Below, in pieces: positions 22,685 to 34,358 of a stretch of DNA of 38,483 bases; within the stretch, counting starts at the first letter, position 1; each line of letters begins with the position of its first letter. The notes beneath the pieces are model-generated. The model did not search any database, was not told the DNA's origin, and was given only the letters and a program-made list of their open reading frames with translations. Both the position numbers and the translations under genes were made by a program. Source of the DNA: Catajapyx aquilonaris (Eukaryota); contig KZ538964.1 of the NCBI GenBank assembly GCA_000934665.2, forward strand, positions 1 to 38,483. Direction: 5' to 3'.

Positions 22685-25600
22685 TTATTGGGTAGAATCA
22701 AAGGGTTGCAGGTCAAACCACTCAGTTACCGCCTTGTTCAAATTGTATGCAGACAAGTCGATAGCAACCTGAAAATGGCAAAGTTATCAGAACTCTTTTG
22801 TTGTAAAAGAATTTATAAGCAGCACACATTCACTTACCACTCCAAGGGCAGGACTCTTCGCAAAAAATCCTTTCTTGCTCACCACTGTCACCTCCAATTT
22901 GCGCACATTCACCTCAGAAGGCGGCAAGCTGAACTCGAAAGTCTCATCAAATAATGGATTGCAATTATCCTTTATTACGGCAGTTTTGCGCTTGCTCTCC
23001 TTTGATCGGTCTGGTAACAGATACAACTTGGCATATGGGTCAGGAAGGTCCCCGTCGTCACCTTCGGCAAGGTTGCTGCTCAGAAAGTAGAAAAATAAGC
23101 TCGTGGTCACCAAATGACAGGGTTGTTAACTTACGCAGCCTTATGCAAGACAATAACTAGCTGCTGACGCTGGACACTGTACCGAAGGGTGAGTTGCACG
23201 CGTCCCAATCCATGTTGGCCAGCTCCACTGTAACAAAGTGATTATGACTGGGGTATCTTGATATCATGGAAGCATACTGTCATCATTTCAATTCCTTCAG
23301 CATGGGAACACTTTTAAAAATTCAATTTGTGTGACAATTCTTGCTCATCAATGTCCTATCAAATATGGTCAACCTCATAATTTTGTACTTTTGGGTGGTT
23401 CCCCAATTCTTTGGCACCATGCCATGCTAATTTTGCCTAGCTTTGACCTTTGTCAGTGCCCCCCAAAAGAACGTGACACAATTGTTACACAATCTGTACA
23501 AATAGGGTTCCAGCAGCAGCAGTGTTCAAGTATGCTGGTTTCCATGACCTCATCATATGGAACCATTGAAATTTTGCAAATAACATCTGCCTCTCCACAT
23601 GATGAAACCTAAGCACTATGAATCATATGCATGAAATACCTTTACACGACTCACCTCGAAAGTCTTGCAAAAAAACTAAGTCTGTCACAATATGCATTTT
23701 GAATAACAAGGCTATTACTTTAACACTTACAGTGCCTCTACTAGGGGTAGAGAGCAATCATTACTAGGTTTACTCACGTAACATTTCTTTTGCGAATACC
23801 CTCCTCTGTTTCTTCATCGAGTGCCCCAGCAGGTGTCAGAGAGCTCTGGTCACCTGACCGTATTGAAGTGACATCCACATCCTTCTGTTTAGAAGATGGG
23901 CTGTCAGTGGGATTTTCCATGTCACCAGTTCCCTCCATTCCATCTCCCAATGCCTCATCTTCATCTTCCTCATCATCAGATGGGGCTGACGGTTCTACTT
24001 GTTTCAAAATCTGCAATTACATAGTGATGCAGTCAAGCCATTTCAAGTGTCTTCAGTCATAAAAATACCACCTTCAGTTGCACATTGAGAAATAGTCGAG
24101 CATCAGGCCCAGCCCCTTTCAACATCTGTGGCTCTCCCACCAGAGACATGTTTTCTCGTTCAATCAGAGTAGACAGTACAATTTTCAGATGACCCAATTC
24201 AGTACCAGTCTTCCCATCCACTACTCGAATATGTAAGTCGTCTGATTCTGGATTTTTAACCAGGAAGACAAATCCACTTTCCCATACAGGATCTCCAGTT
24301 CGCTGGGCATTTGCAGTCTGTTGTTGTAGGCTTCCAGAACTTCCTCCAATACTCACAGCACAGTAAGGATCTGGCTTTGATTGCTGGCGAGCATTCTGAA
24401 AAATTAAAATATATTTCATGCATGTTGTACTGCTCCTTGAGGCTTTGATCTTTTGATTCATGACTTTCAACTGATTGAAAAAAAAATCATTTTGGTTGCC
24501 CATGTCTGTACTATCAATAGAATAAGGCAAGAAATTGACAAATAGAGACCCTTATTCATCTCTGAAAGCCTACATTAACCCTCTGGCCACTGCATGTGTA
24601 TTATATGTGATACACACTGATAAAAAAATTAAAACCTCCTACTTGAGGGTTACACTAGCAATCTGGCCTTGCTTTGCACAGGCCCACATCTGTTGTGATG
24701 TGACTGATGGATGTTTCTGTTCTTGTGGTCATTAACATTATTATTCTGGGGAGAAAGGGAGGTTGGGGGGACATCTTCTAAGGAGCAGAGAACTTCTGTC
24801 AAAGAAGTAGATAGACAAAAGAAGAATCTTAGGTTGACTGTTGACTTATTGATTTGGTTGGCTGATTATAGATATCCCTCGTCATTTTTCTCCAAGTGCA
24901 CTTCCCTCCCTCCCTCCCTCCCTCCCTCCTCCTCCTCTTTCCCCCGTCCCCTCCTCCCAATTGTATCATTCCAGCCTGTCCTCGTCCACTTCCCTATGGC
25001 CGATGACCCTACCCCTTCCCAGGCAATCCAAGCCAACCATCTTAGGTACAATTGCTCCTGACATTTATCTAAAATATTAGCTGTTAGTACTAGGATGAAT
25101 ATAGATTTTCGGAGCTGAAAACACTTCCAGTAGTCCTTTCTGACCCATTGGTACCTGAGGTAAATGCTTGGACTCATTAACCCTGAGGTCTGGTTTCACA
25201 GCCTCCGTGGTTTTGGCCCACAAAGAGAGAAAACTGTTTCAAAATGTAAAAGCTTTCTGTCATCTCTCTCTGGTTTTTGTTTTTATGCTAACAAAGGGAG
25301 ATTCCCCTCAGAAATCATACTGCAGTGAACATGTAAGGTACGTCTATAGACCACTAGTGTAAACCTGGCAACGCCACTTCAAACATGATGGTTGTAGTTT
25401 GGCTACTTCCTTATGAACTGGCTTCATTACACAATTTTCAGCTGCACAACCAAACATTTCTCAACAACTCTTTCACAAGGATGACTCGCAAAAAAAGCTT
25501 GCACAATTAGATTGGCTACCTATTATTGTAATTAAGTCACAAAATGTAAAATAAATGCAAATCCTGCATATTCCAGCAGTGCCAGTGATCTTTAAATAAG

Positions 25601-28600
25601 GCAAAGCTATCTTGTACAAGGTTCAGTCAAATGAATGTAAGCCATTCCGATGTCACACAAATTGTTCACAGGAGTATGTTTTGCACCATTTAACAATTTG
25701 GTTCCTGGACTTACAACCATGCCTCCATACAGATCTGTGGATCACTTTCCCTCATCCATGCATTTGAATGAACCTTGAAATATAACTAGAAAGACACTAC
25801 TGGATTGTGCAAATGCAAAAGAGATGTAATAATTCCTCATGCACACACTACTCTTACTAGAAAAGTAGGAGTTTGTATAAAACATTGCATCATCATCAAA
25901 ATCATGAAAAAGTCACAGGCTATTCACCAATTCACACTATGCTATGAATTGAAGCAATACATCCCACAATAAAACTCTATGTTTAGTCCATTTGGTTCCA
26001 CATTTTTGAGAAGAAGCATTTGATGAATCACATCAAAATGTTGTCAAGACCAAAGTTACCACATGCTGGGGACATGCATTACAAATCTAACACATACTGC
26101 ATGTCTCAGAACAAAGCTCACATATGCATTGGTAAAAATGTAGCATATGCTCATTTCTACTTGTTCCTGCTACCTCACCTTCCAATGGAGCAGTCACTCG
26201 CAGAACTGTAAAGCCGATTAAATGGGCTTTCGCATGTATGATTCCATGCCAAATTAAGGGCCACTTGTGTGATCAATGTTAAACCCAGAACTTTGTCATT
26301 AATCCAAGATGAATAACATAGGATCAATCACTTGATCTGGGTTTACCATAGATCACGCAACTGGCCCTTAAAGGTGAGCTCACACAGGCAAATATCGGGG
26401 AAAAATTCCCAATGATATGAATGTGAGCTAAATTCTGACAGGCTCAGTATAAAATGCAATGAGAAATTTGCAAGTCACAAACGCAAAAATCCCCCATAAT
26501 GTCCAGTACAGTGCAATAATAAACTTGTGCTTGACAGGTTGCTTGCTTCATGAATTTTCAACAGTGTGAGACCTGATGTAAACTAATGACATGTGTCCTG
26601 GTCATAACATATTTGTGTTTTACCATCTTCAAGAGTCATTATAAAGTAGGTAAGAGAATGGGAGGTCCTTTTTTGTAGTGGCAGATTGAAAGTGATGACA
26701 AAATATTCTTTCACTGGGTTGTCAACTTTGCATGTTGCACTAAAACATGTAGATCTCAAGATTCTTATGCTTAGTTCCACCAACCTTGCTCTCTGTCAGT
26801 TAATCCATTCGATAGCTTGACCCCCAGTGGTTTAATGCTGATTGCACCAACAAAATTACTGATTCGATAGCTCCTAACAGATTATTAGGACACGTTAAAA
26901 GGGCTCCTAACGATCCATTAGGCGCTATCGGATCAGTAATTTCAGTTGGTGCAATTGGGCATTAATTCCTCAATCGACTCAATGTATGTTCCCAAGCTCG
27001 CGAGCACTGGAGTTTTCAAGTGAATGCTCGAATTCGAGAATTTTTTGAGCGATAAGTCAAGGTCAAATGAGCTGCGACAATTGACTTCTGGCTCTCTCAC
27101 CATGACCGATTTTCGCAAGCTTGTGAACACACATTAAACATGGGTTCTCAAGCTCACAAGAACGCATATTTTATAGCTAATAGTGTAATACCGAAGCAGT
27201 GGTGGCGGAGGGGATATGGTATCCGACTGCTAATCGGGAGGTCCTGGGTTCGAATCCCGGTGCCGGCAACTCTAACCGTGGTTTTCTGTGGTTTCCCACG
27301 GTTCCTCCAGGAGAATTCCGGAGTTGTTCCTAAACTAATAGGCCACAGCCGCCTCCTTCCTTTCCTATCCTATCCCAAAAAGCGCAGTAAAAACGAAACG
27401 AAGAGTTCCAGTAAAAAAAAAAATCCCCCCTAAAGAGCCGCTGGCTGATAACGGGGTATGAATTATTATTATAGCTAATAGTGTAATTCGATAATTTTTT
27501 CACGTGAGCGAGAAAGCCGCGGACAAAACGGGATGCGAGAATAGGTTTCTCGCTCTCCCTCACACTTTCGCTACTACCAATAGATGAACAGATACAGAGC
27601 TAGATGATATGTTTGCCACTAACCTGCTTAAAGTGAAGACCAGAACATTACTTTTGGCCATTCGAACAAGTCGAGCAGTCTCATTGGTGCCAACAGAAGT
27701 GGGATTTCTGTTCACACCAGTCACGTGGTAGCCCGAATACCCCTTCTTCCGCGCCTCCACCCGATAAATAGGTCTACCTGCTGACCCGCCAAATTTGTCC
27801 CAATAACTCTTAAATGCTTCATGGACCTGGGCAAAAGACAGTACAGGAAATGACAGGTGGCATGTGGGCTACCCTACCCTTGCATTTACGGATATATTTC
27901 GTGCCACTTTCGTCCATATTGGGAGGGAGGTGCGTACCAATTCATCCAGTGCCCTAGTTTGTGAATTTCAAAAATCGAATTTACGCCACTAAAACTGTTT
28001 TTTGATGGAAATGTTGCACTTTGTTGGCCTGTCATTCCAGGATAAATTTCTCAAATGTACTAAGATAATATCACACTGTTCCACAAAAAATTCACTGAAG
28101 CAGCACCTACTAAATATCAAAAATTCTGTCTGTAACAATAAAAGGCTTTGCTAAGCCTGCAATCCAATAGAAAGGTACCAGGGCAATACCTTTGGTCTCC
28201 GACCAAGCCAATCTTTGGGAGCCTTGGCAGACTGACAGAAGAAGAGAGCAAATTCCTCAAAAGTAGCTGTTAAGTAGCAAATTAATACTAATTCTGCCAA
28301 CCACAACTCTGCAGCAGTTCCTGGTGGAACATTTTTTGAGATCACGGCCATTAACGTTGCAAAGTATTGGACACTGAGTCACAACCAGCAAATAAGAAAA
28401 GCATTGTAGCAGTTGATCTTGTGACCAAAATTACACACACAGCTTCAAACTGAAGTCACAAAGATCCTCTGATTAAAACTACAAAATCCACATGTTTTAA
28501 TTTATATGTATATGTCCAAAAACTAACGATGCCCAACTTCAAAATGACATCCCAATCATTTGTAGTAACATAATGCATGAGTTTTGAATACCTCAGTTAA

Positions 28601-29319
28601 AAATTGTGCAAGTAGAATGCAATACAACACCATTGCAGTTCATCATCATGCCTTGACATGATGATCCAACTTTTTACTTAGGCCAAAGGACAACTGCCAG
28701 GATCAGTTACTCCATGAACCCCAATAATTTTTAGTTAAGGTTGTTCCTAATAATGTTTCACCAAAAAGTGAAACCCAGTTTCTTCCTATTAATTCTGGTA
28801 TAATCAACATCTGTAGTTGAAAGACCTGACTGCAATTTTTTAATTAAAATGTATTAGGTGTGTTCAAATGAAACAAAGTGAGGCAATATCTCAGGAGCTA
28901 TTTGTCTCAGCTGTGTGCTAGTGGTATCTCTGAGTAGGCCCTCGCATGGTTAATTTTCATGCAGAGTAGTTAGTAGTCAGTGTTCAGGGGAGGCGGAGTG
29001 GTGCTGCAGTAACGTATGCGCCCACGGATGTTAAGGTCCCGGGTTCAATCCCAACCCGGGGACACCCCCTTCATCTTGTACAGAGTTCAGGGTCACCTCT
29101 GGCTTCGTCTCGGGTGGTATTTCCACAGACTACACCACCCGGGGGAGTTCACTAAAAATGGCCACAGCGTCAGATGCACTGCACCTTGCACATCCCCTCC
29201 TGTCATCCTGCCCGTGGGCCTGAGTGCTTCAACTATAATAGGTTCCAATATTGTATAATAGTTCAAAATAAAGGTCTGTGTGATATACCCCCATTTGTGG
29301 GTGAAAGCACTATCCCAGG

Positions 29320-29378
<59 letters not shown>

Positions 29379-32300
29379 GTCAGTATGCATGCAGTGGACA
29401 GGGAAGCATTTTATGCAAGTCTATCAGGGCTATGGATTCGTCTAAACATGTATGGCTCGCAATCATCCTTTTTCCTCATCATGGAAGGAATTGCACCAGT
29501 GGACATTGTCCATTGGATGCACAAGGTACATGGAAATGTCTGTTTCAACCCCAAGACTCTCTTCAAAAGGTGTAGGAAATTTCTGTCCAGACATGTGTGC
29601 ATGGAGGACCTTTCGAGAGAACATTTCCTTAGTGGATTTCTGCACTAAGGTGTCCATCAAGGTGTTGTGGTTGAAGCAGGCTCTCCCACACACCCTTGGC
29701 ATCCAATAAACAATGTCCACTGGTGCAGTTCCTTCCTTGATGAGGAAAAAGGATGATGACGAGTTGTGCCTGTTTGGACGAATGCATAGCCCTAGGACAC
29801 TTGTATGAAATGCTCTTCTGCCCACTAAATGCATACTCACTACTCACTACTCTGCATGAAAATTAGCCATGCTAGTGCCTACTCAGAGATATCACTAGCA
29901 CTCAGCTGAGACAAATAGCTCCTGACAAGTGAGATATTGCCTCACTTTTGTTTCATTTGAACACACCACATACAAAGGAAGCTTTTATAGTGTATATGTT
30001 AGGCTCAAACCCCAAAAACGGCCATTTGGTGAAAAAAACGTCCATACTGCAGAATGCTCTATGCCAAACCATTTATTCGGCAGAATGGATGGAGCATTCT
30101 GCAGAATGCTCTATGTCAAACCAGAACAGAATGGACGTTTTAGTGAAACAGCCAGACCCAGAAATGCTCTTTTTAAAAAGGCTAGAACGCTTTCCTGGGC
30201 TAATCTTAAACGGCAGGACGCCAATTTCGTGTCGGGATGGCTGGTAAAGAAGAGGCCCCCGCCGCCCAACCCCGACCGCGTTGTTAAGGTGCGGATAAAC
30301 TGTAGCCTAGCCGATTTTTTAAATAACACAATTAGTAGGAAAAGGCTGTGTTTCACTTTTTCCTCTAACTTTCTTGAGAACAGCCTATGAAAATTATTGT
30401 TGCACACAACAAAACTGCTCCTGGAAGGTGTCCTCGCATTTCCACGCATTTTGTAGGTTTGTTCTCACTGTCAGCTAGCACAAATTTTCCTGAATACTGA
30501 GCTTGAAAAACACTATGCATGTAATAACCCTGCCACAAATAACTAGGCACTGTACACAGCAGCACCATGTATAAACATCCAGAATAATTATTTTAAAGAT
30601 TTAATGGCAGAAACAATGCAAACTATAAAGGGGCAGTCCAGAAAGTGTCATTCAGATGATTTACTTTTGTAAACCCCTCTCCAGATTCCTTCAAGTCACA
30701 CACATGCCATGACAGATGTTGACTCTGGCACAGCAGAAAGTATGCCAATAAATATTTCAGGCTGGCATGGACCATCTTACTGGTTTTTTCCCTACTAAAT
30801 ATTTGTCCAACAAAATGCAAATGTGTCTGCCATTACAATACTAAACTCCAGGACACTTCTCCAGAATCAGTTGCATGCTCTCAAAGTGCAAAGTCTCAAA
30901 GAATTAAAAGAGAGCGACACACACACATAAAATTCAAATGCCCTGGAAACAACAAAATAATACAAAAATGTCCACTTACTGGCAGATTCTTGGCAGAGTC
31001 AATAAAGACAACCACTGCAGCTGAATGAATACCTCGGCCCTGAACCTCTTGAAGAGCCAGTGGGAGGTCTGCTGGATTTGGAGACAAATTGAACCATGTC
31101 AGCTCCAAATGCACTAGTCCTGACTTCACATCTTCCAGTGGCACCCACTAAAATATTGATTTGTTATACTTCCACATGCAGAATGCTATATTACCGCTTC
31201 CCTTACCAGATCTTGTTGGCCTTTCTTCACAGCACTATATATGTCGACACTCGCTCTGCAACAGGATAACAAATGGTACATTTTAAAACATTCGCACATC
31301 TGTGCCACAACTACAACGATGCTCTCCAAAACGATGCAGCAAAAACAGTTTCACAAAAGGGTAATCAGCACACACAAGGAAGAACTAAGATGCATAAGGT
31401 CAGTACAAGTACTTGGGAAATTTTCAAAGCTGCCTGAACACCCAGCACAAGCAAAAATGCATACATAAAGCCAAAGTACAAAAGAAAAATTGCATGAGGC
31501 AAGAGACAAGCAAGAAAACCACATTGTTAGAGAGATCCCAAGAAGGATTATTGTTCAAGGTTGATGTGGATCCAGGTCAGCGCTTAGAAGTAATATACCG
31601 CTAACTACTACTCAGAAACTGCTATTAACATGTCATATTTACAGATTCTTGATCCCAAATAACCATCCAGAATCTGCATCAACTGCAAATTACAAGCACA
31701 AAGGTTTAACATGAGTCAGATGTGCACTACTCCTTTGTTTCTTTGCACCTACTGTATGCACTGGTGTTGAGTCGAATATGAGGCTGAACAAGAGACTGAA
31801 CAAGAAATGCTTCAAGAATCTTGTCATTGACATTTCAAATACTGCTAACAACAGGATCAACAGGTGTTAATAAAAACTGTTGGAGAGGGGCACCTGAAAA
31901 ACTCTCAATCTCATAGCAAATCTAATGGGTCAATCTATATTATTATAATAATATGTAGTGATATCTGATCTACCCTGCCTGTCTGAATCTGAGTTCATTT
32001 TGCTTCAACAGAACTACTAATATGATACATGGATGAGCATTACAGGAAAGAGGAACACCCAGCTGAGTTAGGATCCAAAACTTGTAAATCTGCTGAAAAC
32101 AAAATCTTGAACCAAGCTTAAGACAGCCAACACTCTCCTATTCACTCCTTAGTTGTACTAAATAGATATACAGTATATGACATGGTGGCAGTGGCGATAT
32201 TGCTTTGTTCACCCCTGTCAGTACTCACGAGACACCTACTTGACCTCTAGCCTGACCTTAGAATTAGGATTTTTTGACAATTTCTTTTTCACATTGCAGA

Positions 32301-34358
32301 TCTAGAGAAACCAAGTGAGAAGTAGGACAATAACAAAAATATTTCTTTGTATCTTAGTACAATAGATACATTTAAAATTAATACCGTGGTGCCTCGTTCT
32401 TCGAACTTAATTTGTTCCAGGAGGATGTTTGAACTCTGAATATTGTTCAAAGTCCAAATCAATATTTTTCATAAGATATTATGGAAAATTAATTAATCTG
32501 TTCCCAAATCCTAGAGCTTAGACAATACACATTTTGATAAACTTTAACAGCCAATACACTAATTTAATAAGGCAACCGTTACAATATCAAATGCTCTTAA
32601 TAATAAATGAAAACATAACAATAAATGAAATACATCAACACTGTAGAACAAAATGAAAATAGCATTTCTGCACCAGTGAAAAGTGATGTTCCGTGTGGAG
32701 AGGAACTTGGAGAGGAAGAGAAAGGATTACTGTTTGAAAGGGGAGTCATCTTCCATTTTATAATAAGTTAACTCAATACATCAAAAATTAAGAAAAAAAA
32801 AATCACTGAAAACACACAAGCGTAACGCAAGAGATGCTTTTACAGTGACAAAGAGAGATGACTTGGATGCACAACAGATGGCATTCACCCTGTGAGCGAT
32901 TTTTTTCACTGAGCGAGTAGTTCAAACTTAGAAGCATCATTCGAACTCCCGATCAAATTTCTCTCAAAATTAGTGTTTGAACTCTAGAACGTTTGAAGTT
33001 AGGAGCGTTCGAAGTATGAGGCTCCACGGTATAAACATCATTACCAGTGAAATTGAATAGTGCTTATCGGAGGCTCACTGCATTGATCTTACATCTAGTA
33101 ATTGCACTTGTATGAAGTCATTATGATAATTGGCATTTTCAGGGGTTGCAAATCCCTTATCCAATATTCCAAAAACCAAAATCTTCCAAAATTGGAAAGT
33201 TTTTTGAATGCTGACATGATGTGCCGCAAATGAAAAATTCCCCATGAGTATAACATGACTCCGAGTCATTACCTGTATCTGTACGTATACAAAATTATGT
33301 CAAATTTAACCTCCAGGGTTAATGACTAACCTACACTATGAAATGTACAGTTGATTCCAGATGTAACAGCCTCTGCTTTGTAGTAAACCTGAAAGGCTGG
33401 CCCCACCATACCTCCATATATGGCATGTGTATTTGGCTATAACAAATCGCGAAAATTGCTGAGTGATTTCCGTGGTCCCTTGAAGTCTGTTATATCCAGA
33501 GGCAACTGTATATGGATTTCGTGTTCAGGCATTTATCTCATCCCAAAGCTGTCCAACTTTATAGATGAAAACAAACAAATATTCCAAATAAAAAAATAAA
33601 TATGAAATCCGAAGCACTTCTGGTCCCACACATTCGGATAAATGATTCACAACCTGTTAAATGATAAGAAACAGTGTCAAAAATCACATTTTATGTCACA
33701 ATTTGTTCAATCACTTTCTTGACTCCCATCAACATTCAACAGTATCAATCACACCATAAATAATATGATTTGCAGCATACATCTTACTTTACATAAGGAA
33801 TAATTGACAGCTGTACATTCTAATGTTTCAGTAAATTAGAGGAGCAAAATAGATGACTCTTTTTGCTAATGTTCTCCTAAGATTCCAAAATGCCATTCCA
33901 TATTTAAATAAGTGATATTCTATTGTACTTTATGCTAATGCCCCCAACCATCATTATTTTTATACAACGTGTGTACCTGAGTTAGTGCCACCTCTCCAAC
34001 TTCAATTTTTCTCTAAGCACAACTACAATTTATAGTCAATTAAGAATTATGTCCTACTTTAATGTGGTAGTTTCTGGTTACACTGTACCTCCCCAAATTG
34101 TCTCCTTCTCGTGCAGGATCGTAGTCCAGAACCTCAATCAACACCTCAGTTTCTTGGGCGTACACAAACATCTGCGATACAAAGGATTTCTTTTGGAACA
34201 TACAGGTTGCAACAAGCAAGTAATCTCAAGCAAGAACTCATATCCCTATTCAGTCGGTGGAGGATGGAATACCTTCCCAGAAAGTCATCCTTGTTCCCCT
34301 TGTCTTCATCCATCAACCTCAACTTCAAAGATTGGCACTCAGGTTCCTCCACCAAAAA
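22685..34358 (-). CDS. Esyt2: Extended synaptotagmin (Esyt2-like ER-plasma membrane tether), 3' portion: end of C2A, C2B, acidic linker, C2C
   Basis: Minus-strand exons 34358-34273 (FLVEEPECQSLKLRLMDEDKGNKDDFLGR), 31255-31207, 31147-30980 (WVPLEDVKSGLVHLELTW..VFIDSAKNLP), 24395-24072 (KPDPYC..PVWESGFVFLVKNPE), 24010-23778, 23227-23135 (GLGRVQLTLRYSVQRQQL), 23075-22838 (PDPYAKLYLLPDRSKESKRKTAVIKDNCNP), 22768-22685 (EWFDLQP..stop); all GT-AG with consistent phase; upstream SMP/TM exons not found in the window. Confidence 0.93.
23655..23681 (-). CDS. Esyt2: Candidate 27-nt Esyt2 microexon (LSFFARLS)
   Basis: gacag|A CTT AGT TTT TTT GCA AGA CTT TCG AG|gtgagt; phase 2-2 matches the host intron; no stop. 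Confidence 0.6.
26258..26367. mobile_element. Harbinger-like MITE
   Basis: GGGCCA.TTG.GTGATC / GATCACGCAACTGGCCC TIRs, TTAA on both sides. Confidence 0.7.
26836..26961. mobile_element. Harbinger-like palindromic MITE
   Basis: ATTGCACCAAC..AAATTACTGAT.CGATAGC.CCTAA pairs with its reverse complement; TTAA flanks. Confidence 0.65.
26981..27135. mobile_element. Small MITE
   Basis: AATGTATGTTCCCAAGCTCGCGA / TCGCAAGCTTGTGAACACACATT imperfect TIRs. Confidence 0.55.
27190..27468 (+). mobile_element. tRNA-derived SINE (family A)
   Basis: Box A-like TGGTGGCGGAGGGG, box B GGTTCGAATCC (27247-27257), anticodon-like arm CCGA-CTGCTAA-TCGG, (TAT)n tail, 19-bp TSD TTATAGCTAATAGTGTAAT. Confidence 0.88.
28190..28231 (-). 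CDS. Esyt2: Candidate 42-nt Esyt2 cassette exon in C2B (SAKAPKDWLGRRPK)
   Basis: tgctctcttcttctgtcag|TCT..AAG|gtattg; phase 0-0 matches the host intron; open frame. Confidence 0.6.
28854..29970. mobile_element. mariner-derived fold-back MITE made of two inverted 5' ends, interrupted by a SINE
   Basis: TA flanks, GGTGTGTTCAAATGAAACAAA TIRs; both arms encode decayed N-terminal HTH (FLI.EG.APVDIV.WM..V.G..CFN). Confidence 0.8.
28987..29378 (+). mobile_element. tRNA-derived SINE (family B) with long (TAT)n tail
   Basis: Box B GGTTCAATCCC; homologous to 37320-37667; imperfect TSD GTCAGTGTTCA / GTCAGTATGCA; (TAT)n at ~29320-29378. Confidence 0.85.
32384..33029. mobile_element. Tigger/pogo-like non-autonomous element
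   Basis: TA|CCGTGGTGCCTCGTTCTTCGAAC ... GTTCGAAGTATGAGGCTCCACGG|TA. Confidence 0.75.
33140..33656. mobile_element. Tigger-like (Tigger4/MER46-resembling) non-autonomous element
   Basis: CAGGGGTTGCAAATCCCTTATCC left end, CACTTCTGGTCCCACACATTCGGATAAATGATTCACAACCTG right end; family resemblance from recall. Confidence 0.6.
33348..33508. mobile_element. Nested Tigger-like MITE
   Basis: TA|CAGTTGATTCCAGATGTAACAG ... CTGTTATATCCAGAGGCAACTG|TA. Confidence 0.65.
34089..34171 (-). CDS. Esyt2: Alternative (mutually exclusive) Esyt2 C2A exon MFVYAQETEVLIEVLDYDPAREGDNLGR
   Basis: cgcag|ATG..GGG AG|gtacag, 83 nt, phase 0-2 like exon 34358-34273, same D-x-D-x5-D-x-LGR motif. Confidence 0.85.

Noticed and set aside
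23731..23740. 10-nt microexon TAGAGGCACT with GTAAGT donor
   Set aside because: Frame-shifting, and would need a 37-nt upstream intron, shorter than any supported intron here
27190..27270. tRNA-Ser(GCT)-like gene
   Set aside because: No long variable arm or proper acceptor stem; it continues into a SINE body with a tail and 19-bp TSD. The heads at 28987, 37667 and 37724 are likewise SINEs.
29174..29648. Poly-Leu / poly-Tyr proteins
   Set aside because: Translation of a SINE (TAT)n tail fused to mariner debris
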